Source: Deltaproteobacteria bacterium
GTDB lineage: Bacteria > Myxococcota > JACRCW01
Direction of reading: 5' to 3'
Length of the DNA stretch: 50,630 nucleotides
Assembly (NCBI GenBank): GCA_016218805.1
Contig: JACRCW010000095.1
Location: 1-50,630 of the forward strand
Made by a program: the position numbers and the translations under genes. Positions 1 to 8,270 of this stretch are shown here, one piece after another (within the stretch, counting starts at the first letter, position 1; every line of letters begins with the position of its first letter). Below the pieces are notes generated by a model that saw only the letters and a program-made list of their open reading frames with translations, did not search any database and was not told where the DNA came from.

Positions 1-2
1 CC

Positions 3-3000
3 CTTCCCGGCGGCGGCGGCGCGGTGCCGCTGCCCGGTGGCGGCGGGCCGGTTCCGCTCCCCGGCGGCGGCGCCATGCCGTTCCCGGCGCCCGGCGGCGG
101 GCTGCCGTTTGGAGCCGCGCCGCCCTTCCCCGGCGCGGCGGCTCCGTTGCCGTTCCCGGCGCCCGGCGGCGGCGCCCCGTTGCCGGGGTTTGGTCCGCCG
201 GGCGGTGCGCCGGCACCGCGCAGCTTCGGGGCGTCCCAGCCGGACGCCGCCGGTCCCGTGGACAACAGCGTGGTCGCCCCGTTCCACGGCGAAGCCACGC
301 ATGCGCGCGCCGCGCCGCCGCCACCCCGCGGGGCCGCTCCGTTGGATGCGGGGGTCCTGGACTTTATTGACCGCGCCGCGGCGGATGGGTCGGCCACGCG
401 CAAGTCCATCCCCGTGCGCATCCGCAAGCGCTCCGGGAAGGTGGTGGGGCCGTTTGATGAGGCCACGGTGCTGCGCATGCTGCGCAGCCATGAGCTGATG
501 GGTTCCGAAGACGCCAGCGAGGACGCCGTCACGTGGCGACCCCTGTCGCAGTTCCCGGGGTTTGCGCAGGAGATTCAGGCGCTGATGGCCTCCGCGCTGT
601 CCGGCCTGGGTGACCTGCCCGCGCCCGCGGGCGGCGGGGCGGGGTTTGCGGACCTCCCCGCGCCGGTGGGTGCGCCTGGCGGAAGGCCGTCCATGGGCGG
701 GCTGGCGGACCTCCCCGCGCCGTTTGCCGGAAGCGCCGGCCGCAGTGACCTGCCGGCGCCGTTGCCCGCCGGTGGCCGCAGCGCCTCCGGGTTTGCCTTC
801 CCGCCGCCTCCCGGGGGACCCGGGGATGACCCGTTTGCCAACCTTGATGCAGACCTGCCCACGCCGGCGCAGCGCCCGGCGGGCGTGCTCCCCGCCGTCC
901 CGGATCTGGCCGCCGCGGCCACCGCCGCTGCGGCCGGGCAACCGGCCGCCAAGGCGGCCAAGGCGCGTCCCGCCGGAAAGGAGCGCTCCGTCCCGCTGAA
1001 GTTGCTGCTTGGCGTCGGCGGCGCCCTGGCGGTCCTGGCCACGGCCCTGGTGACGGAATTTGTGTTCACGGATGTGGGCGCCTTTGGCCGCAAGAAGATT
1101 GCCGCGCTCATCAACCCGCCCCCGCCGCCCAAGGTGGTGGAGCCCCCCAAGCCCAAGGTGCACATCCCCGTCTGGGAGAACGCATCCCTGGAGGCCCTGC
1201 TGGCTGAGGACAACCTGGCCAGCTACCAGGAGGCCCAGAAGAAGCTGCAAGCGCAACTGGACAGCGGCGCCAGTGAAGCGGCCATCACGCTGGCGCGCGC
1301 GTACGCGCTGCCCGCGTACCTGGATTCCATGGGGTCCATGGCGGACCAGGCCGCGCCGTTGCTGGCGCGCGCCACGGACGCCGGGCCCCGCCCGTTGGCA
1401 GCCCTCCGGGGGCTGCTGGCCCTGGCGCGGGGCAAGCCCGGCGACGCGGTGGACCTGCTCACCCCGGTGGCGGGTGGCGTCAAGCCGGAGGTGAAAGACC
1501 TGAGCGATGCGGACCGGGCCACCGAGGCGTTGGTGCAGCGCGTGCTGGGCCTGGCCCTGCTGGGAGCGGGCAAGCACGCGGAGGCCATGCAGCGGTTTGA
1601 TGCGTCACTCACCGCGGAGCCGTCCAGCGTGGTGAGTTCGCTGGGGCAGGCGCGGGCGCTGCTGGCCGCCGGGGACGCGGAGACGGCGCAGGGGTACCTG
1701 GAGCGCGGCATGGCGCTGCAGCCGGACAACATCCGCGTCCGCCTGGAGCTGGGCGCGCTGCTGCTCAAGCGCGGCAAGGGACGCCAGGCCAGGGAAGTGG
1801 TGCAACACGTGGCGGGCAGCGCCGGCGCCAAGGGCAGCGCCCTGCAGCGCGCGGCGGCGCACGTCCTGCTGTCAGACGTGGCGGTGCTGGACAAGGATTT
1901 CCAGGTGGCCAGCAATGAACTCAAGGCCGCCGTGGCGGAAACCCCGGACGACATGAAGCTCAAGGCGCGCAGCGGCGACATGCTGCTGCGCATGCGCGAG
2001 TGGGCACAGGCCGGACAGCTGTTCAACGAGATGCTTGCCGCCGACCCGGCGTTTGTCCCGTCCATCATTGGCAGCGCGCGCGCCAAGATTGGCGCCACGG
2101 ACGCGCTGGGTGGCTACAAGCAGCTGGAGGAGGCGGTGGCCAAGAACCCGCAGTCCGCGGACCTGACGTACTGGTTCGGGTTTGCGGCGGAGTCGCTTTC
2201 CAAGATCCCCGACGCGATCAAGCTCTACAAGAAGGCCGAGACGCTGGACCCGCGCCGCGCCGCACCGGTGGCGGCGCAGGCGCGGTTTGTCATTGCGGAG
2301 CGCAAGTACCCTGTGGCGTTGTCCATGCTGCAGGCGTCCCGCGCGCGCGTGGCGCCGGAGGAGGAACCGGTCCTCCGCGCCATGCTGGCGCAGGTGGCCT
2401 ACAAGCAGAAGAACTATCCGCTGGCGTTCTCAGAGTTTGAAGAGGCCCTCAAGGCCATGCCCCAGAACACGGAGGCCCGCGCCGCCTACGGGGCCGCGCT
2501 GCGGGACCAGGGCCGGACCGAAGAAGCGCAGAAGCAGCTCAAGCAAGCGCTGGTGGAGGATCCGCGCAACGCCATCATCCTCGCCGAGAACGGCAGCTTT
2601 GCGGCCAGCCAGGGCCAGTACGAGCGCGCCATTGACTTCTTCCAGCAGGCCATTGCCGTGGCGCCCAAGGATGCGGACTTCCACGTGCGCCTGGGTGCGG
2701 CCATGTTCCAGAAGGGGGACGCGGCCGGCGCGCTGGAGGCGCTGAAGGTGGCGCAGGGCCTGGCCCCCACCAACCCGGACGTCTTCTTCTGGATGGCGCT
2801 GGCCATCCGCAAGACGGACCCGGACCGCGCCAAGACGCTGCTCAAGCAGGGCATGGAGCTGGCCCCGGATGAGGGCCGGTTTGACCATGAACTGGGCCGC
2901 AGCGTGGCCGCCGAGGGCGCGAACCTGGAGGCGATTGATTACATGCGGGGCGCGGTGCGCAAGGACCCCAAGAACGGTGACGCGTACTTTGAGATGGGCA

Positions 3001-3443
3001 AGCTCTACATGGAGCAGGCGCGTTACGCGGACGCGCTGGACCAGTTGCGGCGTGCCTCAGAGGTGATGCCCGCCAAGGGTTTTGTCCACATGTACATGGG
3101 GGACTGCCAGTTCAAGAGCGGCCAGTACGACCAGGCGCGCCGCGAGTACGAGACGGCCATCCGCAAGGACGGCTCGCTGTCAGAGGCGTACTGCAAGCTG
3201 GGTGACGTGACCCGCACCGACGGCAAGCTGAAGCCGGCAGTGGGCTTCTACGAGAAGTGCGTGCAACTCAATCCCAAGCACAAGGAGGCGTGGAAGTGGT
3301 ACGGCCACACTCTCAACGGCCTGGGGGGCAAGCCCAACCAGAGGAAGGCCCTGGACGCGTGGCGCACACACCTGCGCATCCACCCGGACGACCCCGACAA
3401 CGAGGATCTCCGCGACCAGATGGCCGACCTGCACGGGAACTGA
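3..3443 (+). CDS. Large membrane-anchored TPR protein with Pro/Gly-rich N-terminus and GYF_2-like domain (5'-truncated by the window edge)
   Basis: The frame is open from base 3. It contains RKRSGKVVGPF...W (GYF_2-like), repeated DLPAP motifs, one TM segment (LLLGVGGALAVLATALV) and many TPR repeats (e.g. GQYERAIDFFQQAIAVAPKD). The architecture is typical of myxobacterial GYF/TPR proteins. Confidence 0.85.
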   Translation, partial: LPGGGGAVPLPGGGGPVPLPGGGAMPFPAPGGGLPFGAAPPFPGAAAPLPFPAPGGGAPLPGFGPPGGAPAPRSFGASQPDAAGPVDNSVVAPFHGEATHARAAPPPPRGAAPLDAGVLDFIDRAAADGSATRKSIPVRIRKRSGKVVGPFDEATVLRMLRSHELMGSEDASEDAVTWRPLSQFPGFAQEIQALMASALSGLGDLPAPAGGGAGFADLPAPVGAPGGRPSMGGLADLPAPFAGSAGRSDLPAPLPAGGRSASGFAFPPPPGGPGDDPFANLDADLPTPAQRPAGVLPAVPDLAAAATAAAAGQPAAKAAKARPAGKERSVPLKLLLGVGGALAVLATALVTEFVFTDVGAFGRKKIAALINPPPPPKVVEPPKPKVHIPVWENASLEALLAEDNLASYQEAQKKLQAQLDSGASEAAITLARAYALPAYLDSMGSMADQAAPLLARATDAGPRPLAALRGLLALARGKPGDAVDLLTPVAGGVKPEVKDLSDADRATEALVQRVLGLALLGAGKHAEAMQRFDASLTAEPSSVVSSLGQARALLAAGDAETAQGYLERGMALQPDNIRVRLELGALLLKRGKGRQAREVVQHVAGSAGAKGSALQRAAAHVLLSDVAVLDKDFQVASNELKAAVAETPDDMKLKARSGDMLLRMREWAQAGQLFNEMLAADPAFVPSIIGSARAKIGATDALGGYKQLEEAVAKNPQSADLTYWFGFAAESLSKIPDAIKLYKKAETLDPRRAAPVAAQARFVIAERKYPVALSMLQASRARVAPEEEPVLRAMLAQVAYKQKNYPLAFSEFEEALKAMPQNTEARAAYGAALRDQGRTEEAQKQLKQALVEDPRNAIILAENGSFAASQGQYERAIDFFQQAIAVAPKDADFHVRLGAAMFQKGDAAGALEALKVAQGLAPTNPDVFFWMALAIRKTDPDRAKTLLKQGMELAPDEGRFDHELGRSVAAEGANLEAIDYMRGAVRKDPKNGDAYFEMGKLYMEQARYADALDQLRRASEVMPAKGFVHMYMGDCQFKSGQYDQARREYETAIRKDGSLSEAYCKLGDVTRTDGKLKPAVGFYEKCVQLNPKHKEAWKWYGHTLNGLGGKPNQRKALDAWRTHLRIHPDDPDNEDLRDQMADLHGN

Positions 3444-3454
3444 CGCCTCCCCCT

Positions 3455-5749
3455 TCATGCCCGCCGGCGCCGCCGCCAGGCTCCCAGCGCGGCCAGGCCC
3501 ACTGCGGTCCACGGAACCCCGGACCCCACGCCTGCGGCGCCGCAGCCCAGGCGCGTGGCGCTGTATCCATCACCCCCGGACGAAGACGACGAGGAACCAC
3601 CTGCCGTACCGGAGGAACCGCCGGTGGCCCCGCCCGACGCGCTGGACCCACCGGAGGACGAGCTGGACCCGCCGGAGGACGAGCTGGCGCCGCCGTCGGG
3701 CGCGCCCCCCACGGTGAACAGGGCCACCGCGGACCATTCGCTCTGCCCGTTGGCGGAGCCGGCGCGCACACGCCAGGCGTGGTTGCCGTCCGCCAGACCG
3801 GCCACCGCGGCGCTGATGGGCGAAGCGGACCCCTGCGGCACGGCCAGCGTGCGCTCCGGCGCCGCCCCGCCCACGTAGTCCCCGGCATACACCTCCACGT
3901 CGTACTGCACCGCCGCCCCCTGCCCGTCCGTCACCCGCGTGAAGCTGAGCACCACCGCGTCCGCCGCCACCACGGCGCCGCCCAGCGGAGCCAGCGGCTG
4001 CGGGGTGGGCGGCGGCTGCTGGGTGGTCAGCGGCACCAGCGGGATGGAGCCCCACACGGTCTGGCCCACCACCACGGTGGTGGTGCGGGTGCCGTCCTGG
4101 TAGCCCGCCTTGGTCGCCGTGGCGGTGACCTGGCCCGCGGGCAGCTCAAAGATGAAGGAGCCGTCCCCGCCGGTGGTGTAGCTCTGCCCAGAGGTGAGGG
4201 TCACCAGCGCGCCGTCAACCGGGAGTTCGCCCGGGTTGGCGCCGGCGTAGACCACGCCGCGCAGCGTGCCGGTGGTGGCCGCCGCGGCGGGGGAGAGTCC
4301 CAGTGACGCCCAGGTGTCACCGGTGGCGGTGGGCGTGGCGTCCCGGCTGCCCTCCTGGAAGCCCAGCGCAGTGGCCCGCACGGTGTAGGTGGTGTTCACC
4401 GTGACATCGAACGCCCAGAAGCCGGTGGACGATGCGGTGACGGTGGCCAGCTCCGTGGAACCGCTGAACAGCTTCACCGTGGCGCCCGCCACGCGCACGG
4501 TGGTGCCCTGGGACGCGTCATAGGTCACACCCACCAGGCGCGCACCGGTGGTGGTCCCGCCGCTGCTGCTGGTGCCACCGCTGCTGGAAGAGGTGGCGCC
4601 GCCGGTGACCAGCGCCATGTAGTGGTTCCAGTCCCAGCCGGTGCCGCCGTTGCCCGGGTCGGTGTGCCGGCCGCTGCCGCCGCAGTTGGTGGCGGTCTCG
4701 CCGCAGGGCGCGCCGTTGCCACTGGTGGGGACCTGGTAGTGCCCAATGATGTGCGTGCGGTCCTTGGCAAACCCAAAGTGGTCCGCCAGCCAGGTCACCA
4801 GCTGCGCGGACCGCGTGTACATGGCCTCCGTGTACCAGCGGCCGGGGTCCGCCACGTAGCCTTCATGCTCAATGCCCACGGAGCGCTCGTTGTAGCCCCA
4901 GTTGCCCGCGTGCCAACCGGTGTCCGCCAGGGACACCATTTGCGTGATTTCCCCGTCCGAGGACCGGATGACGTAGTGCGAGCTGACCTGCGACGAGGCG
5001 TTCTGGAACCAGCTGATGCAGCCCGCGTAGCTGCCCTGCACCGTGTGCACAATGACGGTGTCCACCGCGCTGCCACCGCGCCCGGTGGTGTAGTGCGGGC
5101 TGGCGGTGAACTGCGCGCTGTAGGGGTCCTCCGGGTTCACCGCGCCCACCACCACGCTGCGCGCGGTCAGGGCAATGCGCCCGCGGCCGGTGAGGCGCAC
5201 CGTGCGCCCGGCGGCGTCCGTGCCCGTCACACCGTCACCCAGCAGGCCCGCCAGCATGCGCTGGTACTCAAAGCGCATCCCCTCGCCGGGGATCTCCCGT
5301 GCGTAGGCCAGCGCTTCAATCCACGCCCGCGGCGCACTGCCCGCGGTGAGGTGGCCCTCCAGGAAGCCGTGCCCGTCCGCGGCGGCGCGGATGAGCGCCG
5401 CGGCCGCGCGCATGGAGGCAAGCTCCCCGTCCTGCAGGGCGGCGGCGTCCTCACCCAGCAGAGCGGCGGCCCGGGCCAGCTGACTGTCCGTGAGGCCCAT
5501 GACGCCGTGCGCGGGCGGCCCGTGCGCGTGGTCACCGTCCCACAAGGGTGCGCTGAACCGCGTCTCCATCCACGACCACGCCGCCAGGACGTCCGCGGGC
5601 AGGTCCGCGTCAGCCGCGGCGCGGTGAAACTGCGGGACCAGCGGGCTGTCACCCGCCAGGTGGGACGGGACGTCAGCAGGGGGTGGCGCCGCGCAGGCAA
5701 ACGCCAGGGGCAGCAGGCTCAGCCAGGGCAGGGATGCATGGGACCGCAT
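3455..5749 (-). CDS. N-acetylmuramoyl-L-alanine amidase (Amidase_2) lipoprotein with carboxypeptidase-regulatory-like Ig domains and MYXO-CTERM-like tail
   Basis: Lipobox LAFAC. Amidase_2 motifs VIVHT, SSHYVI, WHAGN..N.RSVGIEHEG, IIGH and HTDPG. Ser/Gly linkers. C-terminal GC...hydrophobic...RRRRR. Confidence 0.9.
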   Translation of the reverse strand: MRSHASLPWLSLLPLAFACAAPPPADVPSHLAGDSPLVPQFHRAAADADLPADVLAAWSWMETRFSAPLWDGDHAHGPPAHGVMGLTDSQLARAAALLGEDAAALQDGELASMRAAAALIRAAADGHGFLEGHLTAGSAPRAWIEALAYAREIPGEGMRFEYQRMLAGLLGDGVTGTDAAGRTVRLTGRGRIALTARSVVVGAVNPEDPYSAQFTASPHYTTGRGGSAVDTVIVHTVQGSYAGCISWFQNASSQVSSHYVIRSSDGEITQMVSLADTGWHAGNWGYNERSVGIEHEGYVADPGRWYTEAMYTRSAQLVTWLADHFGFAKDRTHIIGHYQVPTSGNGAPCGETATNCGGSGRHTDPGNGGTGWDWNHYMALVTGGATSSSSGGTSSSGGTTTGARLVGVTYDASQGTTVRVAGATVKLFSGSTELATVTASSTGFWAFDVTVNTTYTVRATALGFQEGSRDATPTATGDTWASLGLSPAAAATTGTLRGVVYAGANPGELPVDGALVTLTSGQSYTTGGDGSFIFELPAGQVTATATKAGYQDGTRTTTVVVGQTVWGSIPLVPLTTQQPPPTPQPLAPLGGAVVAADAVVLSFTRVTDGQGAAVQYDVEVYAGDYVGGAAPERTLAVPQGSASPISAAVAGLADGNHAWRVRAGSANGQSEWSAVALFTVGGAPDGGASSSSGGSSSSSGGSSASGGATGGSSGTAGGSSSSSSGGDGYSATRLGCGAAGVGSGVPWTAVGLAALGAWRRRRRA

Positions 5750-5855
5750 GGTTTGGGACCTCCGGAGACGGGCCCCTGTAGCCGGCGGGAAGGTGGCGGA
5801 CCAGGGTTGCTCACCCAGCGGCCGCCGGATGGTGCGCGTCTGCAGCGCAACCCGT

Positions 5856-6467
5856 TCACGCCAGCGCCGCCATCACCTCATCCACGCCCGCCACAGTGGC
5901 GAACATGAACCCGAACGCGCCCATCGACGCGGCCTCCATCTCTTCGGAGTACGCGCTGGTGGTCTCGCGGGGCACCACCACGCGGTAGTCCCGCATGAAC
6001 GCATCCCGCACCGTGCACTCCACGCACACATTGGTGGCCACGCCGGTGACAATGACGGTGTCCACCCCCACGCAGCGCAGCGTGGCGTCCAGCGGCGTGC
6101 CGTGGAAGCCGCTGAAGCGGTTCTTCTGGATCACGTAGTCGCCCGGCTTGGGCTCCATGCCGGCGTAGAACGCCGCGTCCCAACTGCCTTCTGCGCAGTG
6201 CTTGAGTTCGCGCAGCGGCGGGAAACGCTTCCCCAGCGCGCCCAGGTCACCCAGGTCACCGCGCAGCACAAACTGCAGATGCACCACGCGCACGCCCGCC
6301 GCGCGCGCCGCCTCCAGCAGCCGGCTGATGTGCGGGATGGGCGCGCTGTTCCGCGCCACGGGCACGCCCATCCTGGCCAGCGACCCCTTGGGATCAATGA
6401 ACGCATTCTGCATGTCCACGACGAGGACGGCCGTCTTCCGGCGTTCCAGAACGAGCTTCTCGGGCAT
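5856..6467 (-). CDS. Cysteine hydrolase, isochorismatase/RutB-like family
   Basis: Asp-Lys-Cys triad motifs VVDMQNAF, QKNRFSGF and GVATNVCVE. The ATG at 6467 is preceded by GGAGGG. Confidence 0.9.
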   Translation of the reverse strand: MPEKLVLERRKTAVLVVDMQNAFIDPKGSLARMGVPVARNSAPIPHISRLLEAARAAGVRVVHLQFVLRGDLGDLGALGKRFPPLRELKHCAEGSWDAAFYAGMEPKPGDYVIQKNRFSGFHGTPLDATLRCVGVDTVIVTGVATNVCVECTVRDAFMRDYRVVVPRETTSAYSEEMEAASMGAFGFMFATVAGVDEVMAALA

Positions 6468-6645
6468 GGGTGACCCTCCACCTGTGGGTCTCCGCCGCGT
6501 CGGTTCCCACCGCGCAACACCGCCGGAGCGGGGTGCTCGCGGGAGGCCAACGGGAGACCAGCCCGCGCGTACGCCCCGTCGCGGACGATGTCGACGCCCT
6601 CGCGACGTCGTCGACCTGCGTCCTTGCCTGGGGCGGAGCGTGGCG

Positions 6646-7026
6646 TCAGCCGGCGGGCTTCTTGCGCCGCTGTGCCTTGGCCTGGTTCTCGCGGACCCGG
6701 TGTTTGACCAGCCGGAGGATGAGGTCCGCCGGCAACGGCGCATCCAGGGCGAACCGGAGCGTGCCCTTGCTGGTGCGGTACGCCGCCGCCTCCCGGCCCA
6801 GCGCCCCCAGTGCGCTGACGGCGCCGTACAACCCCACGTGGTGCTCGTACGCGGCGTAGTAGACCAGCGGACCGTCCAGCGAGAACGCCGGCATCCGGTA
6901 GCTGAGCTTCTCAGTGGCACCGGGCGCCGCGGCGCGGATGATGGCGCGCAACTGACGGAGCATCCGCTGCGTGGCGGCAGGAAAGGACCGAATGTACGCG
7001 TCCACGGACGCCAGGCCCGGCTTCAT
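6646..7026 (-). CDS. DUF1801 (YdhG-like) domain protein
   Basis: SVDAYI...LRAIIRAAAPGATEKLSYRMPAF...SKGTLRF..D.PLP pattern. It follows directly after the acyl-CoA dehydrogenase stop. Confidence 0.85.
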   Translation of the reverse strand: MKPGLASVDAYIRSFPAATQRMLRQLRAIIRAAAPGATEKLSYRMPAFSLDGPLVYYAAYEHHVGLYGAVSALGALGREAAAYRTSKGTLRFALDAPLPADLILRLVKHRVRENQAKAQRRKKPAG

Positions 7027-7029
7027 CAC

Positions 7030-8214
7030 TCACAGCCCCATGTACTTGCCAATGATCTCCTTCATGATCTCCGTGGTGCCTCCCGCAATGGAGCCCGCCC
7101 GCGCGTCGAGAAACGCCTGGCTGATGGGGAACTCCTTCATGTAGCCCCAGCCGCCGTGAATCTGCAGGGCGCGGTCGGTGATCCACTCGGTGAGTTCGGC
7201 CGCGCGGTACTTCGCCATGGAGATCGTCTTGGTCAGGTCCTCGCCGCCCTCGCCACCGGCCACCGCGTCATTGACCGATCCGGAGAACTTCACGCACTGG
7301 TCCTGCACAAACGTCTTCACCAGCTCCGTCTCCGTAGCCATCTCCACCAACAGATGCCGCACGCTCTGGTGCTTGTGGATCGGCTTGCCGAACGCGTCCC
7401 GCTCGCGCGCATACTTGATGGCCATCTCCAGCGCTTCCTCCGCGCCCGCCACAAACCCCACCGCCGCAATGAGCCGTTCGCGCTGGAAGTTGCGCATGAT
7501 GGCCACAAACCCCTCACCCTCCCCGCCCAGCCGGTTGGCCACCGGGACCCGGCAGTCCTCAAAGAACAACTCCGACGTGTCCGACGCCAGGCACCCAATC
7601 TTCTCCAGCTTGCGGCCCACCTTGAAGCCGGGCGCTCCCTTCTCCACCACCAGCAGGCTCACCCCGGCATGCGGCGGTGCGGCCGCCGGGTCCGTCTTCA
7701 CCGCCAGCACCACGCCGTCACAGATGGTGCCGTTGGTGATGAAACACTTGCTGCCGCTCACCACGTAATGGTCGCCGTCGCGGCGGGCGGTGGTACGGAT
7801 CGCCGCCACGTCGGAGCCCGCGTTGGGCTCACTGATGCCCAGGGAGAACACCATCTCACCCGTGATGGCCGGCGCCAGCCACTTCCTGCGCTGGGCGTCC
7901 GTCCCCATGAAGTGGATGGGCGGCGTGGCCATCTCCGCGTGCACCATGAAACCCATGGCAAACCCGCTGACCGCGCAGCGGCTCAGCTCCTCCGTGATGA
8001 CGCACGCGGTGAGGAAATCCGCCCCGCTGCCGCCGTACTCCTCGGGGTAGCAGGGTCCCAGGAAGCCCAGCTCCCCCATGCGCTTCCACAGGTCCCGCGG
8101 GGTCTGGCCCGCGTCCTCCAGTTCGCGGCGGCGGGGGTTGACCTCGCGCTCAATGAACTGCCGGAGGTTGCGGCGGATGCTCTGGTGCGCGTCGGTGTAG
8201 ATGCCCTGGGCCAT
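7030..8214 (-). CDS. Acyl-CoA dehydrogenase
   Basis: ISEPNAGSD, GSKCFITNG, LQIHGGWGY and IAGGTTEIMKEII motifs. Confidence 0.95.
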   Translation of the reverse strand: MAQGIYTDAHQSIRRNLRQFIEREVNPRRRELEDAGQTPRDLWKRMGELGFLGPCYPEEYGGSGADFLTACVITEELSRCAVSGFAMGFMVHAEMATPPIHFMGTDAQRRKWLAPAITGEMVFSLGISEPNAGSDVAAIRTTARRDGDHYVVSGSKCFITNGTICDGVVLAVKTDPAAAPPHAGVSLLVVEKGAPGFKVGRKLEKIGCLASDTSELFFEDCRVPVANRLGGEGEGFVAIMRNFQRERLIAAVGFVAGAEEALEMAIKYARERDAFGKPIHKHQSVRHLLVEMATETELVKTFVQDQCVKFSGSVNDAVAGGEGGEDLTKTISMAKYRAAELTEWITDRALQIHGGWGYMKEFPISQAFLDARAGSIAGGTTEIMKEIIGKYMGL

Positions 8215-8270
8215 GGTGCCTCCTGCACGCGTGGGTAGCGGCGGGAGGGCGCGGGCTCAAGCGGCGGCGG

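Noticed and set aside
6468..6645. Possible gene remnant or ncRNA in the 178-bp gap with two GTCGAC sites
   Set aside because: There is no recognisable ORF, RNA motif or terminal repeats, so it cannot be supported.
5856..6920. 354-aa extended isochorismatase (likewise the extended starts given for panE, flippase, amidase and the DUF5719-like gene)
   Set aside because: The extensions are low-complexity read-through overlapping neighbouring genes. Downstream starts with an RBS or family-typical N-termini fit better.
6202..8238. Long antisense/alternative-frame ORFs (also 11607-13400, 40129-42051, 4622-5908, 17221-18786 and many others)
   Set aside because: These are shadow ORFs expected at this GC content. 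They overlap well-supported genes and have no recognisable motifs.
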